64,000 nucleotides of DNA from Candidatus Thorarchaeota archaeon. Lineage in GTDB: Archaea > Asgardarchaeota > Thorarchaeia > Thorarchaeales > Thorarchaeaceae. Of the stretch, positions 17,807 through 28,508 are shown piece by piece. The position numbers and the translations under genes were made by a program. The first letter of the stretch is position 1. Each line of letters begins with the position of its first letter. The stretch is from the NCBI GenBank assembly GCA_048882325.1, contig JBHLRS010000006.1:62079-126078 (forward strand), written 5' to 3'. The notes beneath the pieces were generated by a model. That model made no database searches. It had not been told where the DNA came from and saw only the letters and a list, made by a program, of their open reading frames with translations.

Positions 17807-19156
17807 ATGAAGGAGCAACTTCTCGAGATTGCAGAGAAAGCAGTTAAGATGGCTGAGAAACTAGGCGCATCACAGGCTGAAGCTTATGTGGGACAATCTA
17901 AAGCTTTTGCCATTGAAGCGGAGAACTCAGCTATCCGGAATGCCGAAGAAAAACAAGATGCAGGAATTGGCATTCGTACTGTTATCAACAAAAAGATTGG
18001 TTTTGCATTTGTCACCACTCTCTCTGAGGATGATGTTCTGGAAGCTGTTACGCGGTCATTTAAGCTTGCTAATGCATCAATTCCAGATCCAGACTTTGTG
18101 AGTCTACCATCTGAGGATAAGTCATACTCAACGGTGAAGGGGCTCTTTGATAAAAACATCGCAGAGTTACCATCAGAAGCCACTGCTGATATGATAATTC
18201 GGATAATCAAGGCGTCAAAAGAGGTCCTTCATGGACGTGATTTTGCGATTTCCGCTGGAGTCCAGAGCTCATCAGGAATAAATGCTGTTGTTAACTCACT
18301 GGGAATATCATTCTCGGAGTCGCGAACATCAATCCTGCTTTACTCATCCCCTGTTGTGAGAGATGACGGTGACCAAACAACAAGTTATGATTTCCAACTA
18401 ACTAGGGATTTGAGTGAGGTTGATCCTGAGCATGTTGGAAGGAGTGCTGGCGAGCTTACACTCAACAATCTTGGACCCAAGATTATTGAAGGTGGCGAAA
18501 TGCCTGTTGTCTTTGCTCCTTTGGGCGTGGGTACTGTCATAGGCTATGGATTTGCTGCAGCAGTGTTTGCAGAGGAGGTTCAGAAGGGGCGCTCCTACAT
18601 CACCGATGCTTTTGGTGACAAGATTGCTTCCGAACAGCTTGAGATTGTAGATGATGGATTATTGACAGGAGGATTGGGGTCTCGAACCTTCGATGCAGAG
18701 GGATACCCCTCCCAGCGTACATCAATTATTGAAAATGGTGTGCTAAAGGGACTTCTTCACAACTCATACACTGCGAACAAGGATGACGTCCCGAACACAG
18801 GAAATGCCAGTAGACCCTCATATTCAGGACTTCCGTCAATCTCCACTTCAAACTTCATAATCACTCCTGGAACGGGAACTCTGGATGATTTGGTTTCTGA
18901 GATTGACAGAGGGGTTCTTTGTCGGAACACTGCAGACCGACCAAATATGACAACTGGAGATCTCAGTGCTATGCTCTATGAGGGATTCTACATCGAAAAA
19001 GGAGAGATTAAACATCCACTAAAGAATACGCTTGTAGGAATTAACATGCGAGATTTGCTACAACGCATCAGTCGAGTTGGAAGTGACACGAGAACAACTT
19101 TAGCAATGATAACCCCCTCAATTGTGGTTGAAAGAGCGACAGTTACTTCTGGATAG
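17807..19156 (+). CDS. pmbA: PmbA/TldE family protein
   Basis: No HExxxH motif; FDAEG, TGNASR, TTGDLS; immediately follows tldD. Confidence 0.9.
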   Translation: MKEQLLEIAEKAVKMAEKLGASQAEAYVGQSKAFAIEAENSAIRNAEEKQDAGIGIRTVINKKIGFAFVTTLSEDDVLEAVTRSFKLANASIPDPDFVSLPSEDKSYSTVKGLFDKNIAELPSEATADMIIRIIKASKEVLHGRDFAISAGVQSSSGINAVVNSLGISFSESRTSILLYSSPVVRDDGDQTTSYDFQLTRDLSEVDPEHVGRSAGELTLNNLGPKIIEGGEMPVVFAPLGVGTVIGYGFAAAVFAEEVQKGRSYITDAFGDKIASEQLEIVDDGLLTGGLGSRTFDAEGYPSQRTSIIENGVLKGLLHNSYTANKDDVPNTGNASRPSYSGLPSISTSNFIITPGTGTLDDLVSEIDRGVLCRNTADRPNMTTGDLSAMLYEGFYIEKGEIKHPLKNTLVGINMRDLLQRISRVGSDTRTTLAMITPSIVVERATVTSG

Positions 19157-19157
19157 A

Positions 19158-21065
19158 TTACATTCTGTCCACTAAAGGTATACCGAGTACTGAAAGACAG
19201 TTCGCCATCGTCGTCTTGAACGCGCGGACAAGTGCCAATCGCGAAGCCCTGACATCTTTTTCCGCTTTTAATACAGGACAGGAGTCGTAGAACTTACTGA
19301 AGAGATTAGCTACATTATAGGTATAAGCTGTAAATCTGTTGGATGTGAAACTTGTACCCCATACGTTCTTCTTGAGAGATCTAGCCACCTCAAGCAGTTC
19401 TTCTGGGAGTTGAGATATGGCCTTGACTAGTGCAAACTCAGCGTCTGAAGAAAGCAAGGTTAGGTCAATCTTTGGTGCGGGTCCCTCTTCTGCTTTTTCT
19501 ATAATTCTTTGGGCTCTCGCATGAGAGTATTGGAGATATGGAGCAGCATCACCATTGAAATCTAGTGCCTCCTCCCATCTGAAGGTTATTTGCCTATCTG
19601 GTGATGCGTTGAGCATGAAGTAGCGTACGGCTCCTACTCCAACCTTATTGGCTACATCGTCCTTGAACTCATCAGATTCGTCCGGGTTCCTCTTGTCAAC
19701 CTCGACCCTTGCAAGCTCGGTGGCTTTGTCAATCACATCGTCGGTTGTATATCCAATCCATGTTCCATGTCTTCCAGAGAAATCAGCGTCATCGAGTCCC
19801 ACGAACTCATATGCGATGTGATGTGAGTTGTTGCTCTCTTTCTTATAACCAAGCAAGTCCAAGACCGTGTAGACCATCTTCTGAGGATGCGCTTGGCGAG
19901 AGCCAATGACATTCATCACGATATCGAACTTACCCAGATCCAGTTTCTTTCCTTTAAGGTCAGTTCTCATCACAGGCTTGCCATTTGGCTGATTCTCAAA
20001 TAACGTATATTTGAACGGATCATCAATAATCCCAAACTTCCAGAGTTGTAGCGCAACATCTGCACCTGTGTACGTTCTAGTACCATCAGACCTGAAGAGA
20101 ATCTTATAGGGGTCCTTCATGTCCTTGAATTCATCAATCACGGACAGGTCCGCGACGATGCAGCCTGCCTTCTCTCCCTCTTCAAGCTTCAAGATGTTCT
20201 CTGACTTTAGCATCATCTTCTTAGCTAGCTCAAGTATTCCACTATGAGCGATTGCACTCTCCCACACCTGGTAATCGTGGTATATCCCTAACCTATACGA
20301 GGTTTCATTTTGAGCATTGAGACATCTAGTCACCATCTTTGCACTAAGTTTGGCTTCATTGCTATCGAGATTTTCGAGTTTTCTAGAAACCTCTCGAATC
20401 TCCTTCTGGACTGAATCATCCTCATCGAATGCCTTCTGAACCTCTACATAGAGATGACCCAGATAATGGTCATACTTCGTTTCAACCTCTTCATCACCAA
20501 CCTGCACAAGTTTCCAGATTAACTGAGCAATCTGAAGGCCTAGGTCGTTCACATAGTCCAGCCTTACAGCATCATACCCTACCCAGTCAAGGATGTTACA
20601 AAGGGTATCTCCAAGAATCGCATTCCTTGCGTGACCAATGTGCCATGGTTTAGATGGGTTGACAGCAGGTGACTCAATCAAGGCTCTTTGTCCCTTGTAC
20701 TCCTCACTTTGACCATATTTGTCCTCAAGAGTGAGAATGCTTTCCACTGTCAACTTAGCAAGCATACCATGATCTATGAAGAAGTTGATGTAGGGGCCTT
20801 TTGTCGATATTTCATGGATTGTTGGGTTCTTTGATACAAGATCTTCAAGTTGGGAGAGGAACTCACTGACAATAGCTACGGGATTCTTCTTCAATTCCTT
20901 AGCCAACGTGAATGCAATCGTTGAAGCTAGATCTCCCAATGCTGAGTCAGGAGGTATCTCTATTGATCCTGCAGCGACCTCATATGAAACCGAGAACACA
21001 TTTGACAGCATCCCCACTACGGTTTCTCTAACTGTATACCAGGGGTTAGTTGAAATATCCGTCAA
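19158..21065 (-). CDS. argS: Arginyl-tRNA synthetase
   Basis: GPYINF, NPSKPWHIGHARNA, RSDGTRTY, FSGRHG, PYLQYSHARA, DALR-type C-terminus. Confidence 0.95.
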   Translation of the reverse strand: MTDISTNPWYTVRETVVGMLSNVFSVSYEVAAGSIEIPPDSALGDLASTIAFTLAKELKKNPVAIVSEFLSQLEDLVSKNPTIHEISTKGPYINFFIDHGMLAKLTVESILTLEDKYGQSEEYKGQRALIESPAVNPSKPWHIGHARNAILGDTLCNILDWVGYDAVRLDYVNDLGLQIAQLIWKLVQVGDEEVETKYDHYLGHLYVEVQKAFDEDDSVQKEIREVSRKLENLDSNEAKLSAKMVTRCLNAQNETSYRLGIYHDYQVWESAIAHSGILELAKKMMLKSENILKLEEGEKAGCIVADLSVIDEFKDMKDPYKILFRSDGTRTYTGADVALQLWKFGIIDDPFKYTLFENQPNGKPVMRTDLKGKKLDLGKFDIVMNVIGSRQAHPQKMVYTVLDLLGYKKESNNSHHIAYEFVGLDDADFSGRHGTWIGYTTDDVIDKATELARVEVDKRNPDESDEFKDDVANKVGVGAVRYFMLNASPDRQITFRWEEALDFNGDAAPYLQYSHARAQRIIEKAEEGPAPKIDLTLLSSDAEFALVKAISQLPEELLEVARSLKKNVWGTSFTSNRFTAYTYNVANLFSKFYDSCPVLKAEKDVRASRLALVRAFKTTMANCLSVLGIPLVDRM

Positions 21066-21270
21066 CGATTCTCACCAAGAAACAAGAGACACTCTTCACT
21101 GCATCCTCATAAATGAAACGCTAAGCCAAGCGATTGGCAATCATTTTACATTGGTTTGGGAGTGATACGCAGTTGCGTGCATGAATTTCAAAATGTCAGC
21201 TTCAATAAGAATCAAGATTAGCAAAGGAAATTCAGTTATCAAATAATCAAAAATCCATTTGAACAGTCTA

Positions 21271-21284
21271 CAAAGCCTTTATAT
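21271..21284 (+). promoter_or_regulatory. Putative BRE/TATA upstream of tfb
   Basis: caaagc-ctttatat, about 150 bp upstream of the tfb start. Confidence 0.35.
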
Positions 21285-21434
21285 TGGTTTTTGTGTGCGC
21301 ATGTGTGTTCGTCCGCCCGTTGGACGAATCACCAGTGCCACAAAAAGACAAGGATTCTCTCCACGCCAGAGGGAATCGACGCATTCGATCAATCTACAGC
21401 TCTGACCGCAGTGCTACCAACAAGGTAAGCCTGC

Positions 21435-22403
21435 ATGGAGATGATTGGACTGGCCAGCAGACATTCAAAGACCCAGAAAAAGAGAGAGCGCATTGGTTCG
21501 GCCAGCTATGTCTGTTCTGCTTGTAGCTGCGTTGATGTCTATATTGACCACACACGTGGCGAAGTTATTTGTTCTAGTTGCGGATTAGTTCTTTCAGACC
21601 GTTCTATAGATATGGGCCCAGAATGGAGAGCCTTTACTGCTGATGAGCAAAATGCACGACAGCGAGTAGGAGGTCCAACAGACTGGAGTAAGTTTGACCA
21701 AGGTCTCACTACTACCATCGGTCGGCAGAATGTTGACGCATCAGGAAGGAAGCTTACTTCAACACGAAGAGCAGAGATTCACAGACTTAGAAAATGGCAG
21801 ATACGTACCAAGGTTCACTCCTCTGACAAACGCAACCTTGCAGTTGCGATGACAGAGCTCCATAGAATAAGCTCTCAATTGAGCATCCCGTACTCAATTC
21901 GAGAGACCTCGGCCGTGATCTACAGGAAAGCCTTACGAAAGAGACTTACCCGTGGTCGTACCATTCTGGGGATGATTGCCGCTTCACTCTATCTTGCGTG
22001 TCGTGTTCATCAGGTTCCACGACCTCTCGAGGAGATCGTAGAACAGATTCACATCACACGAAAGGAACTTAGTCTCTGTGTTCGACTTATTCTTCGGTAT
22101 CTGAACCTTAAGATACCTCATAGCAATCCTGTCGAGTTTGTTCATCGTTTCGGCACTGAACTGGAACTTCCAGGAGAAGCAAAGAAGAAGGCGATTGACA
22201 TCCTAGAGATGGCAAGGGAGCAGAGACTAACAATAGGCAAGGATCCCAAAGGAATGGCGGCTGCAGCAATCTACGTTGCTAGTATCCTTACAGGTGCTAG
22301 ACGGACCCAACTGGAGATTGCTAGAACCGCACGAGTGACCGAGGTCACCGTGAGGAACCGCTACAAGGAAATGGTGGAGAAGCTAGGCATCTCGACCACT
22401 TGA
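21435..22403 (+). CDS. tfb: Transcription initiation factor IIB
   Basis: Zn ribbon (CSAC..GEVICSSCG), ID.GPEWRAF B-reader, RLRKWQ, two cyclin repeats, VTEVTVRNRYKE. Confidence 0.95.
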   Translation: MEMIGLASRHSKTQKKRERIGSASYVCSACSCVDVYIDHTRGEVICSSCGLVLSDRSIDMGPEWRAFTADEQNARQRVGGPTDWSKFDQGLTTTIGRQNVDASGRKLTSTRRAEIHRLRKWQIRTKVHSSDKRNLAVAMTELHRISSQLSIPYSIRETSAVIYRKALRKRLTRGRTILGMIAASLYLACRVHQVPRPLEEIVEQIHITRKELSLCVRLILRYLNLKIPHSNPVEFVHRFGTELELPGEAKKKAIDILEMAREQRLTIGKDPKGMAAAAIYVASILTGARRTQLEIARTARVTEVTVRNRYKEMVEKLGISTT

Positions 22404-22410
22404 GCTACAC

Positions 22411-22445
22411 AGAGGGGGGTTTATCCCCTCTCTCTTCCCTTTTTC
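22411..22445 (+). terminator. Hairpin plus pyrimidine tract after tfb
   Basis: agagggg...cccctct followed by cttcccttttt. Confidence 0.5.
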
Positions 22446-22501
22446 AGTCTGTCAAGGTTTATTGCACTTCAGAGAGTACTGAAATTAAGGAAAAGTTTCG
22501 A

Positions 22502-22711
22502 ATGTGGGCATTATTACTATTTCTTGGTGTCGCTGTATTTGCTATTGTAGTCTTCCTAGTGAGTCCGCCAATTCGAAGCAGAAGAGGCCATCGTTCACCA
22601 AAAACACGCACCGTGACAAAGACACTGCTCAAACAAAGAAAAGAGGAGGAGAAACATCGTATCAGAGAGCGAGAAAAACACCATCGATTGCAGAGATGGC
22701 GTAGTTGGTAG
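22502..22711 (+). CDS. Small single-TM protein with basic tail
   Basis: MWALLLFLGVAVFAIVVFLV then an Arg/Lys-rich segment; start moved from 22400. Confidence 0.5.
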   Translation: MWALLLFLGVAVFAIVVFLVSPPIRSRRGHRSPKTRTVTKTLLKQRKEEEKHRIREREKHHRLQRWRSW

Positions 22712-22792
22712 ATTTCCGTAATTACATATATTTCACTCGTCGTATATAGGCTTATCATCATTGGTTTCAAACTATTGATAGAAAGTGGTACC

Positions 22793-23629
22793 ATGTCAGG
22801 GAAACAGACCATACTGGGTGTCTGGCTAATCGAGCGAGGTAGCGGTAGGAATCTTGTTTCAAGGCGCTATTCTGATGCAGTAAAACTGGACATGGACCTA
22901 ATTGCACCTTTCTTATCCGCCACACACACATTCATAGACAAGGCATCAAATGAAACCCTCAAAACTGTAGATACTGAAACTAATAGATATGTCTGGGAAG
23001 CCAACGAGCATCTTCTCTTTGTAATGGTCGTTTCCAAAGCAGCACGAATTGGACACATGCGTTTCATGCTTGAATATGCCCTCAATGAGTTCATGAGCAG
23101 GGAAGTTCCCAAGAACTCCAACATAGAAACAGTATTGAGAAACTGGCTTGGGTCCCCCAACACATTCAAGAAATTTGGAAAATTCATCGACGAACTAGTG
23201 ACCCAATACGAAGTCACAGATGAGAGCCTAGTTGCTGGAAAGTCAATGGACTGTCTTGAGGTCTACAGTCACCTCTTCAGGGGAATAATGAAGGTAAAGG
23301 GAGGAAAGCAGAAGAAGAGTACCATAATCAAACGCATGAAGGGTTGGATGGAGCCCCTTCATGATAGGTATCCATTTCTCCAAGATGTTCCAATAGATAC
23401 TGCTGGAATCGAGATTCTAGATATTGATGTCAACAGTGTGGCGTACCAGCATCTTAGAGACTCATTGGAGGAACTGCTTCGATTATTAGGAAAAGCTGTT
23501 CGTGAGGTTGCAACCCCGAAAGCATATAGAGATATGATCTTTGACCACGTGATGCCATATGTGAAACACGACATCCAGAGATTGCAGACGTATGCTATCC
23601 TAGATGATGTTGTTAGATATCTCTTCTAA
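22793..23629 (+). CDS. Longin-like domain protein with helical C-terminal domain
   Basis: GVWLIERGSGRNLVSRRY...DMDLIAPFLSATHTF...LKTVD...RYVWE..HLLFVMVV, the beta-beta-alpha-beta-beta-beta-alpha longin pattern. Confidence 0.65.
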   Translation: MSGKQTILGVWLIERGSGRNLVSRRYSDAVKLDMDLIAPFLSATHTFIDKASNETLKTVDTETNRYVWEANEHLLFVMVVSKAARIGHMRFMLEYALNEFMSREVPKNSNIETVLRNWLGSPNTFKKFGKFIDELVTQYEVTDESLVAGKSMDCLEVYSHLFRGIMKVKGGKQKKSTIIKRMKGWMEPLHDRYPFLQDVPIDTAGIEILDIDVNSVAYQHLRDSLEELLRLLGKAVREVATPKAYRDMIFDHVMPYVKHDIQRLQTYAILDDVVRYLF

Positions 23630-24970
23630 TCACTTCTCAAGGACAATGACTGCCCTCTGAACTACTTGCCCGCGCTTTCTCTCAGGTATCAATTCTCGAC
23701 TAGGTCTGATTTTCAAGCGTGGATCAATATCCCGGTGGGTCATTATCGATTCACCTGGTAGCAGTCGATAGAGTGCTAGTCCCGTGTTTCGAGTTAGGTC
23801 GCTGAATTTCACTGATACTGGCTCAGTTTCTGTACTTATCACTGGAATTGTCATTGCGATACGACCATCTGGTCGTAAGATTTTGGATATTTCACCAAGA
23901 ACTTGATTGTACAGCTCTGTGAGCTCCAAGATTGTTTCTTCTGCTTCACTCAACAGAGGTCGTTTCTTGTAAATTGGACCTAAGACCGGTTCAAACGCTA
24001 CTGCATCTACCTGTTTCTTGACAAGTGATGACAGATTCCTAGAGTCACCGACAAAGATGTCATAGTCTAATTTCTCACCCATGTCCTTTGCCAACCACTT
24101 GAGGTTGGATCTTGCCCCTTGCACTTGGTCGCCGTCAATATCGACACCAATACATTTCATCCCCAACATTGCAGCCTCCATTAGAAGAGTGCCAGTCCCA
24201 CAGAATGGGTCAATGATTGTGTCTCCTGACCGTGCTCCTGATAGATTCAACAGAGTCCTGCAGATTTTTGGGCTTGTGCTGATCTCTGCAGAAACAAAAG
24301 GTCTTGACTCATCGCGGTACTGCTGCAACATCGAATCATATACTACATTGGTTCGAGCTATGTAGAGCTTCTTCTCAGAAAAAACAGCTAGAACCTCTGC
24401 ATTTGGCGGTGTCAACAGGGAATTTCTGGCAATAGTCTTTGGCCAGAGGGCAATATTCAACCTCCCCTCTACGCGTCGGTCTGGCTCATCGTAGATGTAG
24501 TAGTCAGCTCTCCTTGCACCATTTTCGACAAGGAGTTTCTTTACTTGATCATTCATCCCTCTTGAGAATCTCCTGAAGTTAATTGGAAATCTACCTTCGA
24601 AGATTGGGTATGTGCTCACACCGAACCGAATCTTCTTTCCTTTTACTCTAGGCCACACGATCTTCAGCCAGGGGCACTTTCTGATTTCCTTCAGGTCTTC
24701 TTTGTTGGTCACCTTCTTTGCTGGATATGCTCCCAGAGGAAGGTCAATATCATATTCCCAAATGACCTTCCCGATTTTGAATGCTCCACCAAGGGATGAT
24801 TGCATGTCAACAATCTGGTCATTATTCAGACGTTGCTTAATATCGACAAGCGCGGCACTTCTTGAATGGTCTATTAAGATCCCATCATAGCCTCTGTCCT
24901 GGATATAGACCAGAAGTTCAGCAATGCTGAGAAGCCAGTTGGACCCAAGGACAAATGCCAGCTTTGTCAT
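23630..24970 (-). CDS. Trm11/TrmG10-like SAM-dependent RNA methyltransferase
   Basis: STSPKICRTLLNL, IIDPFCGTGTLLMEAA, GVDID, AVAFEP.LGP. Confidence 0.75.
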   Translation of the reverse strand: MTKLAFVLGSNWLLSIAELLVYIQDRGYDGILIDHSRSAALVDIKQRLNNDQIVDMQSSLGGAFKIGKVIWEYDIDLPLGAYPAKKVTNKEDLKEIRKCPWLKIVWPRVKGKKIRFGVSTYPIFEGRFPINFRRFSRGMNDQVKKLLVENGARRADYYIYDEPDRRVEGRLNIALWPKTIARNSLLTPPNAEVLAVFSEKKLYIARTNVVYDSMLQQYRDESRPFVSAEISTSPKICRTLLNLSGARSGDTIIDPFCGTGTLLMEAAMLGMKCIGVDIDGDQVQGARSNLKWLAKDMGEKLDYDIFVGDSRNLSSLVKKQVDAVAFEPVLGPIYKKRPLLSEAEETILELTELYNQVLGEISKILRPDGRIAMTIPVISTETEPVSVKFSDLTRNTGLALYRLLPGESIMTHRDIDPRLKIRPSRELIPERKRGQVVQRAVIVLEK

Positions 24971-25812
24971 CTACTTCCTTTCTCCAGCTCTTCATAGAGA
25001 AACTTGGCGTACAGCGCTCCCTGCAGAGGGTTAGTGGATTCGCTTATGAACGTAGGCCTGTAACCACACTCTCGAGTAACCTCAATCAACGGTAAAATAT
25101 CCGGTCCCCATTCATCACCAAGCGGTCGATGTGCGGCTTCTCCTTTTTCCGTGAATGTTATCCCACTGATGTGAAAGTGCATATTGTCTAAGAATAGATC
25201 CCCTAGCTCTTCCTCGACATGAGTGAGAACTTTGAGGAAGCCCGCTTTGTCATTGAGTTCTCCCTGACTTCTGGCATAGAGATGTGCCCAATCTATCGTT
25301 GGGATGCATCCATCCACTTCTTGGCACAATCGTATTATCTGATCTACAGAACCATATGCTGAGAGTTTGCCAGCTGTTTCAGGAGCCAGAAGGACACCTT
25401 CTCCCTGATCACCTGCAGTTTCCCAAACTGCCTGCAGTGCATCTCTGATTACAACATGCGCCTCCTTGTTGCTAAGGCCACCTAGATATCCCGGATGGAA
25501 CACAATCCGTTTTACGTTCATTGAAGGTGCAAATCTTAGAGCCTTCACCAGTCTTTCTTTTGATGCTTCTCTTATACGCTGAGTTTTCGATGCGATACTG
25601 ATGTAGTAAGCTGCATGCAAGCTCATCGAGATTCCTGTTTCTCTGGCCAAATCGCCAATTAGCTTGGCCTTCTCCTCTTTTGTCCGCAATCCATGAACAG
25701 CTGCATACTCGAGTGCATCCAAGCCAGTTTCTTTCAAAATCTGGAAGACACGTTTCACATTACCTCGCGCCTCACTTGGATAACCTGCTGTACCAAAGAG
25801 GATTTTCTTCAT
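24967..25812 (-). CDS. nfo: Endonuclease IV (AP endonuclease family 2)
   Basis: FGTAG, SLHAAYYI, VFHPG, PETAGK, IDWAHLYAR, HFHISGI; start moved from 25881. Confidence 0.88.
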   Translation of the reverse strand: MKKILFGTAGYPSEARGNVKRVFQILKETGLDALEYAAVHGLRTKEEKAKLIGDLARETGISMSLHAAYYISIASKTQRIREASKERLVKALRFAPSMNVKRIVFHPGYLGGLSNKEAHVVIRDALQAVWETAGDQGEGVLLAPETAGKLSAYGSVDQIIRLCQEVDGCIPTIDWAHLYARSQGELNDKAGFLKVLTHVEEELGDLFLDNMHFHISGITFTEKGEAAHRPLGDEWGPDILPLIEVTRECGYRPTFISESTNPLQGALYAKFLYEELEKGSR

Positions 25813-25916
25813 TTCTTTTCCACTTTGACCCTCGCAAAAGGGATACAATATGAGTGATTGGGTGTGGCGACTGGTGTCCACAAGTCTTTAATTGAAGAGG
25901 TCTCTCGAGAGCTTGG

Positions 25917-26870
25917 TTGGACTGCGAAATGACAGAATCGATGACTGAACCAGCTAGTTCCAAGCGCTTCTACCCCATGGCTTGGCTCTCAATTATCAGA
26001 CCGCAGAACTGTTTCATTGGAGGACTGAGCGTCATCGCAGGTGTAGCAATGGCGTATAACATAGCTGCAGTCAGCACAATATCTGTTCACATCCCTCTGT
26101 TCATCTACGGATATATCACCTACTTCTTTGTAGCAGCAGGAGGAAATGTCGTCAATGATATCTTTGATGTAGAGGTCGATAAAATTAATCGTCCACATAG
26201 GGCTCTCCCAAGCGGGCGAATGACGATAAGACAGGCGTGGGCATATGTAGCATTTCTAAGTTTTGTAGGTCTTCTATTTGCTTTACTTACTGGTATATAC
26301 AGTGCTCTCATTGTACTGTGTTTCCTGATTATCGGTTATGTATATGCAGCGAAAGTGAAGACACTCGGACTTGCAGGAAATTTCATGGTCGCATTTTCAT
26401 TTGCTTTCGGAATACTTTATGGTGCTTTTGCTTATGCTGAAACTGTCGGATTCATCCTCACATGGGATATAATTCCAATACCCAATTGGCTATTCTTTTT
26501 CACAGCGTTCCTAATCCTTCAGGCTCGTGAAACCATCAAAGGTGCCGAGGATGTTGAGGGTGACCGAGCTCGAGATGTGCAAACAATTGCCAGAGTGTAC
26601 GGATACCGAGCTGCTGCAGGTGTAGCTGCAGCACTCAACTTCATTGGTGTTATCAGTTACGTGTTGATTTGGATAATGGGATATGCCAGTTGGGATCTGT
26701 GGATTCTTCTAGTACTCGGTTCGGGAATTGTCCTTGGAGCTGGTGTTGCTCCACTCACAGGACCTGATAGCAAACGATCTCTCTTGATAGGAAGTACTTT
26801 GGACAAGATTGGTGCGCTGGTGGGTCTGATAACCTTTGTAATCATTCCCCTCTATGAGATTCTTCTCTAG
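25917..26870 (+). CDS. Digeranylgeranylglyceryl phosphate synthase (UbiA family)
   Basis: IRPQN, NDIFDVEVDKINRPHRALPSGR, RETIKGAEDVEGD; multi-TM. Confidence 0.85.
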   Translation: MDCEMTESMTEPASSKRFYPMAWLSIIRPQNCFIGGLSVIAGVAMAYNIAAVSTISVHIPLFIYGYITYFFVAAGGNVVNDIFDVEVDKINRPHRALPSGRMTIRQAWAYVAFLSFVGLLFALLTGIYSALIVLCFLIIGYVYAAKVKTLGLAGNFMVAFSFAFGILYGAFAYAETVGFILTWDIIPIPNWLFFFTAFLILQARETIKGAEDVEGDRARDVQTIARVYGYRAAAGVAAALNFIGVISYVLIWIMGYASWDLWILLVLGSGIVLGAGVAPLTGPDSKRSLLIGSTLDKIGALVGLITFVIIPLYEILL

Positions 26871-27700
26871 TGTACCTGCCAAAATGTCCACAATAACACA
26901 ATCACACACGCAATTGAGACTAGCGTCGCCCACACTGTCGAAGTGTCATGTGCCTCTCGGATTCCGAAAATCAATAGATATCCGGTCCACAAGAACGCTC
27001 CTGTCATCAAATAGTCTAAGGTCGTCCAAATAGTTGACGTATACGCCCAATCTACAACGGTTGGGGTCAGAGCCGCAAGAGACCCTGAATCAAATGGGAC
27101 TATATCCGGATATGCCGGCATGGCGATGAGAACGACGAGAAGTGAAAACAATCGCACGAGGATTACTGGCATCATGCTATACCCAATCACCGACAAAGTT
27201 TTCAGCTTACTTCCTGTGCCACCAGTCAGCTTGAAAGCAAAGTGAGCAAACGCTGTTCCAACAACCAAGTAGATTAGTCCAATCATGATACTTGGCATTA
27301 TTCCCACCAGACCAACCACCCAGTTCATGCCTCCCTGCGGACTGAACAACAAATTAGCTGGACCAATCTCACCACTGGTTGCATTCACTATGACCAATGT
27401 TGTGACCTTTGAGGACAAAGAAAGAAACAGTCCTGCGATGATCAGCGCATTAATCACGATTATCAAGAATGGTCCTGCAGCATCAGGTCTTTGTCCTATA
27501 TCCCGATAGGTGGGGGCCGGTCTCCTGATTACGCCCCACATCCTCTCAGTAGCGCTCATGAACTTGACATCTGGAGACTCCGGACGTTTCAGAATGGGTA
27601 GAATCCGTTCGAGAGTCTCCTCTGCAATTGTTTCCTTACAGACTGGACAGATAGTTGCATCAGCCGGGACTGGGCTGTCGCAGAATTCACAGCGCCGCAC
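26867..27700 (-). CDS. Zinc-ribbon + Yip1-domain membrane protein
   Basis: CEFC..CPVC; WGVIRRP..TYRDI; HFAFKLTGG.GS..KTLSVIGYSMMP; W...LL.FGIREAH. Confidence 0.8.
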   Translation of the reverse strand: MRRCEFCDSPVPADATICPVCKETIAEETLERILPILKRPESPDVKFMSATERMWGVIRRPAPTYRDIGQRPDAAGPFLIIVINALIIAGLFLSLSSKVTTLVIVNATSGEIGPANLLFSPQGGMNWVVGLVGIMPSIMIGLIYLVVGTAFAHFAFKLTGGTGSKLKTLSVIGYSMMPVILVRLFSLLVVLIAMPAYPDIVPFDSGSLAALTPTVVDWAYTSTIWTTLDYLMTGAFLWTGYLLIFGIREAHDTSTVWATLVSIACVIVLLWTFWQVH

Positions 27701-27781
27701 GATTCATCATCTCTTAGTGGTGGACGTACAGGATAGAATGATGCGGCTGTCTATTTAAGCGAATTCCGGTTGGCCATTGTT

Positions 27782-28402
27782 TCACCACATTCCAAAGCTC
27801 TTGAAGATGCCTGTTCTATGTACAATGATGAATGGAACTAATGCATCCCACAGACTTTGGAACGCATTCAGAATAATTGCGTAACCAAGAATGAATTCTA
27901 CAGTGAAGAATGGTGCTGCTATGCTCCAGTATATCAAATTCGTTGGAATCATTATCAAAAGTCGAAGGATGAAAGCTGTGAGCATTAATGTGGTATAGAA
28001 TCTTAGCTTGGAAAGTGATATACCTCGTGCCTCAGCTCCTAACCTGCGAACACCAAACCAAGGTACGAGTATCATTGGCAATGTAGCTAATAACTTGAAT
28101 ACAGGTCCAATTGCTGTTGGGTCATAAAGGAATAGACCAAAAGTACCAGCAAAGGCACTTATAATACCCACCCAATAACCTCCGAGTAGAAATGATACAA
28201 TCCAGAAAATAGACACAGGATCAAAGAGGGCAATACCCCATCCAGGAATCCTTGGGATAACGGATGCTATTGGGGCAACAGCAATCGAGAGCGACGCCAA
28301 AACACTCGCTGTGACAATCTGTTTAACTCTCTCTGCGCTTTCAGATGTCTTTACAAAGTCCATACTCTCAGATGTTTCATCGTCGAACCTCTGTTCAGCC
28401 AT
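27782..28402 (-). CDS. ECF transporter S-component-like membrane protein
   Basis: About 6 TM; ASVLASLS (AxxxA-like), LFDPVS, LLGGYWVG; start moved from 28459. Confidence 0.6.
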   Translation of the reverse strand: MAEQRFDDETSESMDFVKTSESAERVKQIVTASVLASLSIAVAPIASVIPRIPGWGIALFDPVSIFWIVSFLLGGYWVGIISAFAGTFGLFLYDPTAIGPVFKLLATLPMILVPWFGVRRLGAEARGISLSKLRFYTTLMLTAFILRLLIMIPTNLIYWSIAAPFFTVEFILGYAIILNAFQSLWDALVPFIIVHRTGIFKSFGMW

Positions 28403-28508
28403 TCTCGATTCCCCTTGGGTGCTTATGTCTACCATACTGGTGCAGCCCAATATGTCCACTTATTAATGTACCCATAAAACACTACCTACTCATATTTGAG
28501 TAAGTTTA

